Origin: Nitrososphaeraceae archaeon
GTDB lineage: Archaea > Thermoproteota > Nitrososphaeria > Nitrososphaerales > Nitrososphaeraceae
Assembly (NCBI GenBank): GCA_044870765.1
Contig: JBIOZG010000024.1
Coordinates: 1-64,000 of the forward strand
Length of the DNA: 64,000 nt
Direction: 5' to 3'
The notes beneath the pieces were generated by a model. It was not told where the DNA came from, did no database searches, and saw only the letters and a list, made by a program, of their open reading frames with translations. Positions 51,589-61,297 of this stretch are shown piece after piece. How positions within the stretch are numbered: the stretch's first letter is position 1; every line of letters starts with the position of its first letter. The translations under genes and the position numbers were made by a program.

Positions 51589-53079
51589 TTATTCGCTTAC
51601 GTAAGCTCGTTCGCCGTGTTGTGTCAAGTCCAAGCCAATTTCTTCTTCTTTTGGAGTGACTCTTATGCCTCCTGGCCACACTTTGTCCATCACTTTGATG
51701 ATTAATGCAGTTAGACCCATTGCCCATGCCAAAGCTGCAAATGCACCTACGGCATTCTCATACAATTGAGCTGGATTGCCGAATACTAGTCCATTGTCTC
51801 CCCAAGGAGTAAATCTCTTCTCTGCAAATAACCCTGTACAGAGAGCCCCTGCAAGTCCACCAATTCCGTGCACACCCCAAGTATCCAATGCATCGTCCCA
51901 TTTTCTGCTATTCTTGAACATAACTGCTGCGTAACATGCGACTGAAGCAATTATTCCAATAACAAGTGCCGACATTGGCGAAACAAATCCGGAAGCTGGC
52001 GTAATCGCTACTAGTCCAGCTACAGCACCAGAAGCGGCTCCAACTGTTGATGCTCTCCCTGTGTGAGCCCATGACAATAGCGCCCAAGTCACTACGGCCA
52101 TTCCTGTAGCAACCTGTGTCGCAACAAAGGCGCTTGTAGCGTTTGTGGCTGCTGCAGCTGCAGAGCCAGCATTGAAACCGAACCATCCGAACCACAGCAA
52201 GGCGGCTCCCAAAACAATCAGCGAAATGTTGTGTGGTTCCATCGGTACTTTGCCATAACCTATTCTTCTACCCAGCATCAATGCTATAACAAGTCCCGAA
52301 AACCCTGATGTGATATGAATGACAGTCCCACCAGCAAAGTCAAGCGATCCCAGTGTACCGGTCCATCCAAAGCCCGAATAACCCGGATTCATTCCATAGT
52401 TACCTGAGTCTGGTGCTGAAATCGACCATGTCCAATGAGCAGCAAAGTCATAAACGAAAGTAGCCCACAGTATGATGAAAATAATGAATGCGCTGTATTT
52501 CATTCTCTCAGCGACAGATGCCACAATAAGTGCAGGAGTTATGATTGCGAACATCATCTGAAATACCATGTATGTTTGATGTGGAATAGTATATCCAGTT
52601 ATTCCCCCATAGGCATTTGAAGGAACATCATGAAGGACATTATTTAAACCAGCCCAATCTAGTGTCCCAATAAAACCATAGCCACCTGCATCTGGGCCGA
52701 AAGCTAAGCTATATCCCCATAAGACCCATTGTACGGCGATAATTCCAGTAGTCATAAATACCATGTGAAGTGTATTTACAGCATTTTTTTGTCTTGATAG
52801 CCCAGCATAAAATATAGCCAAACCACCAGGAGTCATAATAAGTACTAGAGCAGAGGCTGTCAGCATCCACGCGTTGTCACCTGAATCAATCTCACAAGGA
52901 ATCAAATCCCCTTCTGCAGTTAAATTATATTTTCCATTGGCATCAGCTGCAAAGCAGTGATATTTTGCAGCAGGATCATCAGGCTTGTAAGCTGAAGCGT
53001 TCATTAGGAAAGCTGATGTTGCAGTGATTGTTGTCAAAATTCCAACTAAGATAAAGATAGTGAGGTTCTTCCTAAACAT
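51589..53079 (-). CDS. amt: Ammonium transporter (Amt family)
   Basis: FQMMFA, AERM, AHW, DFAGGTVIH, WFGWFGFN, DD.LD...VHG, GLD..QHGE.AY. Confidence 0.97.
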   Translation of the reverse strand: MFRKNLTIFILVGILTTITATSAFLMNASAYKPDDPAAKYHCFAADANGKYNLTAEGDLIPCEIDSGDNAWMLTASALVLIMTPGGLAIFYAGLSRQKNAVNTLHMVFMTTGIIAVQWVLWGYSLAFGPDAGGYGFIGTLDWAGLNNVLHDVPSNAYGGITGYTIPHQTYMVFQMMFAIITPALIVASVAERMKYSAFIIFIILWATFVYDFAAHWTWSISAPDSGNYGMNPGYSGFGWTGTLGSLDFAGGTVIHITSGFSGLVIALMLGRRIGYGKVPMEPHNISLIVLGAALLWFGWFGFNAGSAAAAATNATSAFVATQVATGMAVVTWALLSWAHTGRASTVGAASGAVAGLVAITPASGFVSPMSALVIGIIASVACYAAVMFKNSRKWDDALDTWGVHGIGGLAGALCTGLFAEKRFTPWGDNGLVFGNPAQLYENAVGAFAALAWAMGLTALIIKVMDKVWPGGIRVTPKEEEIGLDLTQHGERAYVSE

Positions 53080-54047
53080 TATTCACCAATATTTTAGAGA
53101 AGTATAAAAAATATAACAATATAATATGAAATTCTAATGATTCTAATATAAATTCATTATAATTATAATTAATCATAAAATTGTTATTTTATGCAAATAA
53201 CATAAACAATAGTATTAGACATTCGAGGACATATTGAGCACAGATATACCCCAATCATCGATGGTAGAAAGTAAATCGAGAATTTGATAATCTGTGTCCT
53301 ATTACATCAGCTCGGCATAAGAGAGATATCGAATCATATTTTGGATTATTTTCGTTTAACATCATTATTTCCAACAAATCAGGTATATTATTCAGTCCGA
53401 TGGAATTTCATGTGGACAATTAATGTAAAAGGGAATAAAAGAAGTCATGATATCTAGTTACCTGATATAGAAATGCATGGAAGCATTACTAAAAAGTGAA
53501 TCATATTGTTAAGCGTCTTTACGAATTTATTCTACTTCAGATAATAAACTGGTAAGATAGTCACTGAATATGGTAACAAATAATTTTTCATTAACATGAA
53601 TTTTGGCTTAGATTAAATATTCACGCACAAATGGGGTCATGATCTATCGGGACCTTCTCAAATTTGATATTGTTAATTTGCCGTATTATATTCGATAATG
53701 CGCTATTTTTGATTTCAGATATGATGGCTAATACGGAACTAGACAGACCCCGTAGCTGGCCCTTTAAATTTTCGTAATCGATTTTATAGTCGAAAGGTTT
53801 TTGATTTCCATTACGTTACGCAGATACGATATCGTATAAGGATAGGGCAGGTCCAACGTCTTGTCTAAAGGAATATTAAACAAGATAATAACAATGTGTT
53901 ATACATGATACGAACTTCAAAAACCCTTCCGCCCAATGTACGATTGATAAGAGTCGGATACAACGGGATAAATGTTCCGATGGATATGTGTTGAATCAGG
54001 GAATGCTAGCTGTCCAAATCTATTTATTTTGACATCATTAATCAATA

Positions 54048-55160
54048 TTGATGAGCAGATTCTTTAGAGCCAAGGACAAGAATGAAAATGCTTCTAATTA
54101 CGAAGAAACTAAGAACACAACAGACCATCGTGACTTCCAGGTTCGTGACCTGTATAAAAAAGGAATAAACCATATGTCTAACGATAAACTAAGCGATGCA
54201 ATACGCAGCTTTGAACTAGCTCTAAGATTAGATCCGAAATTTGTTGAAGCGTGGATTAAAAAAGGATATGCTCACTTCCATTTGGGAGATTATTCTTTCG
54301 CCATTTCTTCGTATGATATGGCATTGAATATTGATCCAGATAATCATGAAGCATGGAATCTGAAGGGTCTTGCATATTATAAAATGAATAACTATTCCAA
54401 AGCCATTGAAAGTTGTACAAAAGCGATAGACGCAAATCCAAATGATGGGATGGTTTGGTACAACTATGCATGTTATCTTACTTTGGAGGGCAAAGTAGAT
54501 GACGGAATGGAAGCTTTGAAAAGAGCCATTGAGATAGATATTTCCCATGCAAAAAAAGCTGTTCGGGATAGGGATTTTGAAAACGCTCGTGCTGAAGAAG
54601 GATTTATGAGGATTATTGAAGTAGTCGTGCTAGAGTCCCTGCGGCAGGGCTACGACTATGTCGGTAAGATTGTTTGGGCAACTGGCATGGATAAACAGGA
54701 TGTTGAAGACGCTATTTTGAGACTAAGCATGAAGGGATTGGTGATAATTAAGCAAAAGAAATCACTGACAGGAAAAGAAGAGTATTACGAACTATCAAGA
54801 GACATCTCTGATAAATTAGGAGAAGTAAAGCGATCTGGATTTATAAAGTCCAAAGAGTATTCTGCCCCTATTCAAGAAATCAAGGATATTATTGAAATAT
54901 TAGATAAATCAATTGAATCCATCAAGAATGGAGACTTGAGTCAAACAATTGAAACATTTGACCAATTAACAAGTCCAACCAAGCATGGAAATACCATGAT
55001 TGAACAGTTCTTCGATCAGCACCGTGATTTGAGAGTATATCTGGTGAGACTGAGTGACAAGGGTCAAGAGTATCTCGATTCCCACAAGGCTGAATTAACC
55101 AGTCTGCTTGAAAGCATAATTGAAAAGGTTAGAAACGGTCCCTTATCTAGAACAATATGA
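54048..55160 (+). CDS. TPR-repeat protein with a C-terminal winged-helix-like and helical region
   Basis: Repeated AW..KG...A...YD.AL..DP TPR units. Confidence 0.9.
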   Translation: MMSRFFRAKDKNENASNYEETKNTTDHRDFQVRDLYKKGINHMSNDKLSDAIRSFELALRLDPKFVEAWIKKGYAHFHLGDYSFAISSYDMALNIDPDNHEAWNLKGLAYYKMNNYSKAIESCTKAIDANPNDGMVWYNYACYLTLEGKVDDGMEALKRAIEIDISHAKKAVRDRDFENARAEEGFMRIIEVVVLESLRQGYDYVGKIVWATGMDKQDVEDAILRLSMKGLVIIKQKKSLTGKEEYYELSRDISDKLGEVKRSGFIKSKEYSAPIQEIKDIIEILDKSIESIKNGDLSQTIETFDQLTSPTKHGNTMIEQFFDQHRDLRVYLVRLSDKGQEYLDSHKAELTSLLESIIEKVRNGPLSRTI

Positions 55161-55213
55161 AACTAAAATATCCAATTCATTTGGATTTAGAAACTAGCTA
55201 TTGTTATCAAATT

Positions 55214-55519
55214 TTATAGATTTTTTGATTTGCTGATTTTGCTTACGATTTCCTTGTATGTATCAATATTAGATTCTAGATAATTGGAAACAAAATACAT
55301 TATTCCGTATTTTTCACCCATACGAGAAATCAAGTTATTTTTTTCTAACACATTCATATGATGTTGAACTGCCTTATAATCAAGATTTAGAACTTCTGCC
55401 ATGCGATTTATGTTAAGGGGAGTTTCCTGTAACAGGTTAATGATTTTGACTCTATTTTCACCTCCCTTTGAGCCCGCAAATAAATACCAAAAAAGTCTTC
55501 TGGCAGTTTGGTCCGGCAT
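55214..55519 (-). CDS. ArsR-like winged-helix regulator
   Basis: WYLF.G..GG.NR..I, LDYKA.QHH..VL..N.L, YG..YF. Confidence 0.9.
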   Translation of the reverse strand: MPDQTARRLFWYLFAGSKGGENRVKIINLLQETPLNINRMAEVLNLDYKAVQHHMNVLEKNNLISRMGEKYGIMYFVSNYLESNIDTYKEIVSKISKSKNL

Positions 55520-55621
55520 AAAAATATCACTAAATGCTTTTAATTAAAATTTCAATGCTACACAAATCTAAAACAGTCCGATACATATAATATTAATACA
55601 AGATAGAGCGTTAATTCAGTT

Positions 55622-56428
55622 ATGGAGAAAATTTTCAGCGAGGCAAGTGAAAAGGAAATTACGAGAACTATAGCCCAAATGTTCAATGAGACGTTGATGG
55701 AGTATAGTGATTGTGATGTAATTATCATTGGTGCGGGTCCAGCAGGGCTTATGGCTGGAAGAGAATTATGTAAGAATGGAGTTCATACACTTATCATAGA
55801 ACAGAATAACTATATCGGTGGAGGGTACTGGGTAGGTGGATACATGATGAATCCTGTGACGGTTAGATATCCAGCTAATAAAATTTGGGACGAGCTTGGA
55901 GTGCCTTATAGAAAAATTTCGGATTCATTGTATGCTACATGGGGACCGCATGCATGTTCAAAACTAATTGCTGCCGCCTGTGATTCTGGAGTCAGATTCC
56001 TGCAACTAACCAAATTTGATGACCTAGTGTTGAAAAATGAAAGAGTTGGAGGAGTAGTCGTAAATTGGATGCCTGTTTCTGCACTTCCAAGAAATATAAC
56101 GTGTGTAGATCCTGTTGCTCTTGAATCAAAAATAGTAATAGATGCTTCAGGACATGATTCAGTTGCTGTAAAGAGACTAATGGATAGAGGATATGTAAAG
56201 TGGAAAGGAATGGAACCGATGTCTGTAACAGGGGAAGATGCTGTGGTGGAATACACTGGCGAAGTTTATCCGGGACTAATCGCGGCTGGAATGTCAGCAA
56301 CTGAAACCCATGGGTTGCCGAGAATGGGTCCTACGTTTGGATCAATGTTATTATCAGGCAGGAAGGCTGCACAAGTAGCAATAAGCAAACTCAAGAAAGT
56401 ACCAAATCCAGACATAAAAGCTAGCTAA
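55622..56428 (+). CDS. thi4: Thiazole synthase Thi4, active-site-Cys type
   Basis: GAGPAGL, GGG.W.GG, TCVDP, DASGHD, PRMGPTFGSMLLSG. Confidence 0.96.
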   Translation: MEKIFSEASEKEITRTIAQMFNETLMEYSDCDVIIIGAGPAGLMAGRELCKNGVHTLIIEQNNYIGGGYWVGGYMMNPVTVRYPANKIWDELGVPYRKISDSLYATWGPHACSKLIAAACDSGVRFLQLTKFDDLVLKNERVGGVVVNWMPVSALPRNITCVDPVALESKIVIDASGHDSVAVKRLMDRGYVKWKGMEPMSVTGEDAVVEYTGEVYPGLIAAGMSATETHGLPRMGPTFGSMLLSGRKAAQVAISKLKKVPNPDIKAS

Positions 56429-56450
56429 CGATACAAATAGTGATATACAT

Positions 56451-57199
56451 ATGAAGGTATCACATGTACATCTCTACTCTTCTTGTTTCTCAACTCCTCT
56501 AACAACTGAAATTTCAAATCAATTACAAAAGATGTTTCCTTTTATCAAAATTGACCTGAGATCGTCCTTAGATTATTTTAGTAAGAGCAGTATCGCAGAT
56601 GATTTTGGAAGAAAATTGGTTACTCAATTGCCGAGAGATGTTGTTCAACAAACTGAACTTCGAAATTCATCAAGTGAGGTTGAGAAAACCATTATATTCA
56701 TTGATGGTTTTTACCTTCAAAGAATTTACACCAACATAATTGATAAAGATGAAATTCATCTAGAGCACGTAAATATCATCTTTGAAGACAAACTCGTATG
56801 CACTTTCGACGAAAACGACAGAAGATTTCATGCAAGGCCAATAATTTGTGGTTCCCCTACGATAATATCTATACCTAGTATTGTTGAAGGCCCTGCTAGA
56901 CCAAAAGCATATTATTTCAAACAAATGTTGAAAGATTTGCTCTCTAAAAATAGTAAAGAAATTGATAATGAATTTGCCAATAGATATGTAAGTTATGGTG
57001 ACCCCAGGCTTCCAGAGGTAGTGACAGGTTATGCTATTCAAGCTGTTTTTTTTTTCTTACGAATGGTAACCCCTTCTGTTCAAATTATCCTTGTAGATTG
57101 TTCAATTCCCATTGGCAGGAGGAATTAATTTATTCACAGGTACTAAATCCAGTACTGTGTGAAGAACATAGAGGAATATTAGATAAAGCCGGGGAATAG
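56451..57199 (+). CDS. DUF6775-type putative metallopeptidase, frameshifted at a T10 run (57046-57055)
   Basis: TFD..D.R.HAR, VEGPARP, GY..QA. The shifted frame restores TNGNPFC..CRLFNSHWQEEL..Q....LCEEH, ending at TAG 57197-57199. Confidence 0.75.
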
Positions 57200-57313
57200 T
57201 GTAGAATGCAAATCAGCCTAGTTATTTATCATCAGACCAAGCTTTATATTGTCTACTTTAATTCCGAACAAATTATTAAATGGTATAATCTTCTTTCCTC
57301 CAGTTAATCATAC

Positions 57314-58288
57314 ATGTCAAAAAATGCAAACCATGGCTCCGATGAGCCGACATATGCAAAGAATTTTTATGATGTGATAATTATTGGTTCGGGACCAGCA
57401 GGATTTACTGCAGGTATTTACACCTCGCGTGCAAAGCTCAAAACACTAATAATTTCTGGATCTCTACCAGGTGGTCAGCTAATGACAACTAGTGAAGTTG
57501 AAAACTATCCAGGTTTTCCTAATGGAATTTTTGGACCAGAGCTCATGATGAATATGAGACAGCAAGCTGAACGATTTGCAACCACAATAATCGATGACGA
57601 AGTACTGAAGGTGGATTTCAAAAAACGTCCTTTCCTAATATCAACTCATTCTGAAACTTATGAAGGAAGAGCAATATTACTTTGTACTGGAGCATCACCG
57701 AGGAAGCTGGGTATTGATGGAGAACAAGAATTTGGTGGAAGGGGTGTTTCTTATTGCGCCACATGTGATGGGCCATTTTTCAAGGGTGAAGAGATTGCAG
57801 TTATAGGAGGAGGCGATACTGCAATTGAAGAGGCAACTTTCCTTACTAAATTTGGTAAAGCGGTCAAGATCATACATAGAAGAGATTTTCTTCGAGCAAG
57901 CAAGATTCTACAGGAAAAGGCCTTTGAAAACTCAAAAATTCAATTCGTATGGAATAATGTTGTAACTAGAATCGCTGGAAATAAAAAAATAGAAAGCATC
58001 GATCTTAAGAACTTGACAACAGGCAAGACCCAAAATCTATCAGTAGGAGGATTATTTGTAGCAATTGGTCATGAGCCGAATACCTCGATTTTCAAAGATC
58101 AGTTAGAGTTGGATGACAAAGGTTATGTCGTGCTTAAAGAAAATACAAGGACTAGTGTAGAAGGAGTTTTCGCGGCTGGCGACGTTCATGATTATCGTTA
58201 CCGACAAGCCGTCACGGCTGCTGGATTTGGATGTATGGCAGCACTTGATGTAGAAAAATGGTTGAGTGAAAATAAATCTCACAAATGA
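57314..58288 (+). CDS. trxB: Thioredoxin reductase
   Basis: GSGPAG, ENYPGF, CATCDG, GGGDTA.EEA, AAGD. Confidence 0.97.
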   Translation: MSKNANHGSDEPTYAKNFYDVIIIGSGPAGFTAGIYTSRAKLKTLIISGSLPGGQLMTTSEVENYPGFPNGIFGPELMMNMRQQAERFATTIIDDEVLKVDFKKRPFLISTHSETYEGRAILLCTGASPRKLGIDGEQEFGGRGVSYCATCDGPFFKGEEIAVIGGGDTAIEEATFLTKFGKAVKIIHRRDFLRASKILQEKAFENSKIQFVWNNVVTRIAGNKKIESIDLKNLTTGKTQNLSVGGLFVAIGHEPNTSIFKDQLELDDKGYVVLKENTRTSVEGVFAAGDVHDYRYRQAVTAAGFGCMAALDVEKWLSENKSHK

Positions 58289-58289
58289 A

Positions 58290-59282
58290 TTAATTTTTAA
58301 TATACAATTCAGGTAGTTTCTCCAACGCAGAAACATAATCATTTTCTGCTACAACATTTTGTTCTTTGTATAGACTCTTGAATTTCCTGCCATCATCAGC
58401 AAAAATACCTACGATGAAGCCTTTATCTATTTTCTTTGAATGTTTTAGCATACATGACATTACAGAACCCGAAGATGGTCCTACGAACAAGCCCTCCTTT
58501 TCAAGTAATTCCTTTACAGCATTAAATGAATCCTGATTTGTGGCAGTCATCCAATCATCAACTATACTCTCTCTGCGTTTGAAAAGGTCTGGCATGGATG
58601 ATTCCTCAAAGTTTCTCAATCCTTGAAGTAAATGATTCTGTTGTGCTTGAATAGCAATCACCTTCAGATTTTCATTCTTCTCCTTGAGAAAAGTTCCTGT
58701 TCCTGTAATCGTGCCTCCTGTCCCACAGCCGGTGAAGAAATGTGTTACCTTTCCATTCGATTGTTCCCAAATTTCAGGACCAGTACTCTCATAATGGGCA
58801 AGAAAATTGGAATCATTTTCATATTGATTTGGCATATAATAAATATCGGATCTAGGTTTTGCAATGGCAGTAGCAAGCGCAATGCTTTGATCGGTCCCCG
58901 CTCCCACACGTGGGCATAGATCGTCTGAAGTTTCATGAAGTGTTGCGCCAAGGTTTCTAAGGATTCTTTTAGTTTCTGCGCTAACTTTCTCAGGAATAAC
59001 GATTTCGACTTTATAACCCATTGAAGAAGCTATACCAGCTAAGGCTATTCCCGTATTTCCAGAAGTAGGTTCAATAATGATACTCTTGTCTTTCACAAGT
59101 GAGCCTTTCTTTTCAGCATCCTTAATCATCCAATAGGCCGCTCTGTCTTTAACTGAGCCAAAGGGATTATACCATTCTAACTTGGCATAAAATTTAATAT
59201 TTTCAGTGGAGTATGACGAGAGTTCTTGTAGTGGAGTATTTCCTATACGTTGTAATATTTCGGGTCCAATTATGGATGTCAT
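58290..59282 (-). CDS. PLP-dependent cysteine synthase family protein
   Basis: IGNTPL, NPFGSVKDR, PTSGNTG, NQY.N, GTGGT, GPSSG. Confidence 0.92.
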   Translation of the reverse strand: MTSIIGPEILQRIGNTPLQELSSYSTENIKFYAKLEWYNPFGSVKDRAAYWMIKDAEKKGSLVKDKSIIIEPTSGNTGIALAGIASSMGYKVEIVIPEKVSAETKRILRNLGATLHETSDDLCPRVGAGTDQSIALATAIAKPRSDIYYMPNQYENDSNFLAHYESTGPEIWEQSNGKVTHFFTGCGTGGTITGTGTFLKEKNENLKVIAIQAQQNHLLQGLRNFEESSMPDLFKRRESIVDDWMTATNQDSFNAVKELLEKEGLFVGPSSGSVMSCMLKHSKKIDKGFIVGIFADDGRKFKSLYKEQNVVAENDYVSALEKLPELYIKN

Positions 59283-59287
59283 CTAGT

Positions 59288-59557
59288 TCACTTTGTCTTC
59301 TTTATTACAAATTCAAGTTCATTATCTTTCTTTTGCACAGATAACAAATTATGGCCAGTTTTTTCTGCCCATCTTGTTATATCTTCTTCCGATTCAGGGT
59401 CATCAGCTATAATTTTGAGTTTGCTTCCAATACCTAATTTTTCAATTTCAATTTTAGTCCTAAAAACAGGTTCTGGACAATATAATCCTCTAACATCAAT
59501 AACTTTGTCAAAAGATTCCTCATTATCATTGTCGACCTTCGTATTCATTCTTAACAC
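59288..59557 (-). CDS. tusA: TusA/SirA family sulfur carrier
   Basis: DVRGLYCPEP, ADDP...DI..W...GH. Confidence 0.9.
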   Translation of the reverse strand: MLRMNTKVDNDNEESFDKVIDVRGLYCPEPVFRTKIEIEKLGIGSKLKIIADDPESEEDITRWAEKTGHNLLSVQKKDNELEFVIKKTK

Positions 59558-59672
59558 TATTGATCAGGTGCTGTTTATATTAAATGTTTATAAGTTATTC
59601 AAACTTCAAAAAGTAAACTTGATTTCAAATTTGAATCTTGTTAGTATATATTCACAAAGTTAAGAATTGAAA

Positions 59673-60443
59673 TTATCTGAATAAGTCATCTTTTTTGGAT
59701 CTAGTAACTTTCGATATGGAAGCATCATAGGATGAAAAATCGTAACCCCGGACTATTGTTATAGGGACGCGTAAAGATTTTCCCATGACAAGTTCAGCGG
59801 CTGATGCTATTTCATCAGCAATTGCTATTTCAGTAACCCTAAGAATATTCCCATACATATCAGAATCGCCTATGTAACTCTTGATAGGATCAATGCCTGC
59901 TACCCCAATCGCTACGTTAACCTGGCCTTTCCTAAAAGGCCTGCCAAAAGTATCGGAAATAATTACGGCTACACTTATCTTGATTCTGGACTTTATGTAG
60001 TTTCTAATCTCTCTAGCCGATTTATCTGGGTCGACAGGTAACAGTACAACATGATTGGACTTTCCCACATTACTGGTATCAATTCCGGAATTAGCACAAA
60101 CAAAACCATGTTTTGTTTCAGTGATAATGATATCTCGCTGTATCTTGATTATTTCATTGGATTGCGAAATGATGAGTTCTACGAGCTTGGGATCCTTTCC
60201 GGTGCGAGAAGAAATTTTTTTTGATTCTTCAGAAGGAATTATCTTTGTTAAATCTATTGTTCTTCCTTCTGATTTTGATACTATCTTATGTGTAATAACA
60301 ATCACATCATTCTCTTTTAAAGACTCTTTTTTTTCCTTAATAGACTTTAATATAAGATTACCTATATCATCGCCTTCCCGTATATCATCGTTAATCAGAA
60401 TTGAGATAATTTCTACATTACTTACTTCATGCATAATGAACAA
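59673..60443 (-). CDS. cofE: Coenzyme F420-0:L-glutamate ligase
   Basis: KIVSKSEG, CANSGID.SN, DTFGRPFR.G, ADEIA.AAEL, DLFR. Confidence 0.95.
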   Translation of the reverse strand: MFIMHEVSNVEIISILINDDIREGDDIGNLILKSIKEKKESLKENDVIVITHKIVSKSEGRTIDLTKIIPSEESKKISSRTGKDPKLVELIISQSNEIIKIQRDIIITETKHGFVCANSGIDTSNVGKSNHVVLLPVDPDKSAREIRNYIKSRIKISVAVIISDTFGRPFRKGQVNVAIGVAGIDPIKSYIGDSDMYGNILRVTEIAIADEIASAAELVMGKSLRVPITIVRGYDFSSYDASISKVTRSKKDDLFR

Positions 60444-60464
60444 TCGATTTATGATTAAAAGATT

Positions 60465-61115
60465 TCATAACTGCGTCTCTATTGTCCTACCAAATTTCTT
60501 TTCCAAAAGACTCAACAGAATTGACAAATCTCTTATTTCGATTGTAGTGTCCGCTCTCTGTTTAACGATGTCAACTGGACAGAAACCTACTGTATAGCCA
60601 GCTATGTCAAATAGTTTTAGATCATTTGCCCCATCTACCACTACTACAATATCCTCTTTTTTTATTCCCCATTCTTTTATTGTCGGTTTTACTCCCAGTG
60701 ATTTATCTGAACTTACGTTAATTTTAACGCCGTCTAGCTTTCCGTCTCTAAAAATCAACTCATTTGAAAAAATTCTATCCAGATGCAATTCCTCTTTGAG
60801 TTTATCTGTGATTATAGTAAAGCCCCCTGAGATTGCTATCATTTTCCAGCCGGCTTTTTTTAGTGCATAGCAGAGCTTTCTTGCACCAGGCATTATTTCC
60901 AGATTATCTGCAATGTATTTGGCGTCTTCAAATGGAGTTCCTCTTAAAGCGTTGACTCGTTTTTTGAGTCCTTCTTCCCAGTCTATTTCTCCCCTAATTC
61001 CTTGCTTTGTAATATCCCAAATTTCTTTTTCTTTGACAGGACCAAGTTTTTGCGCGAGAACGGGCAGATACTCTGCATTGAGAAGAACGCCTTCTACATC
61101 AAAGATTATCAGCAT
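60465..61115 (-). CDS. serB: Phosphoserine phosphatase (HAD family)
   Basis: FDVEG, ISGGF, DGANDL. Confidence 0.88.
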   Translation of the reverse strand: MLIIFDVEGVLLNAEYLPVLAQKLGPVKEKEIWDITKQGIRGEIDWEEGLKKRVNALRGTPFEDAKYIADNLEIMPGARKLCYALKKAGWKMIAISGGFTIITDKLKEELHLDRIFSNELIFRDGKLDGVKINVSSDKSLGVKPTIKEWGIKKEDIVVVVDGANDLKLFDIAGYTVGFCPVDIVKQRADTTIEIRDLSILLSLLEKKFGRTIETQL

Positions 61116-61297
61116 TTTAACTGTAGGTCGAGAGAGTTACGTAACAATATATTAAGTTTATTTAATCATTACAATTCTAGATTCTGTAGGCTAACGACAA
61201 CCTCTTTAAATAAAAATATTCGTTACTAATTGCTGTTAATTTTCAGAGTAGTTGATATTCAAATTGAAATACTGAAAAAATACTAGTGTTGACACGA

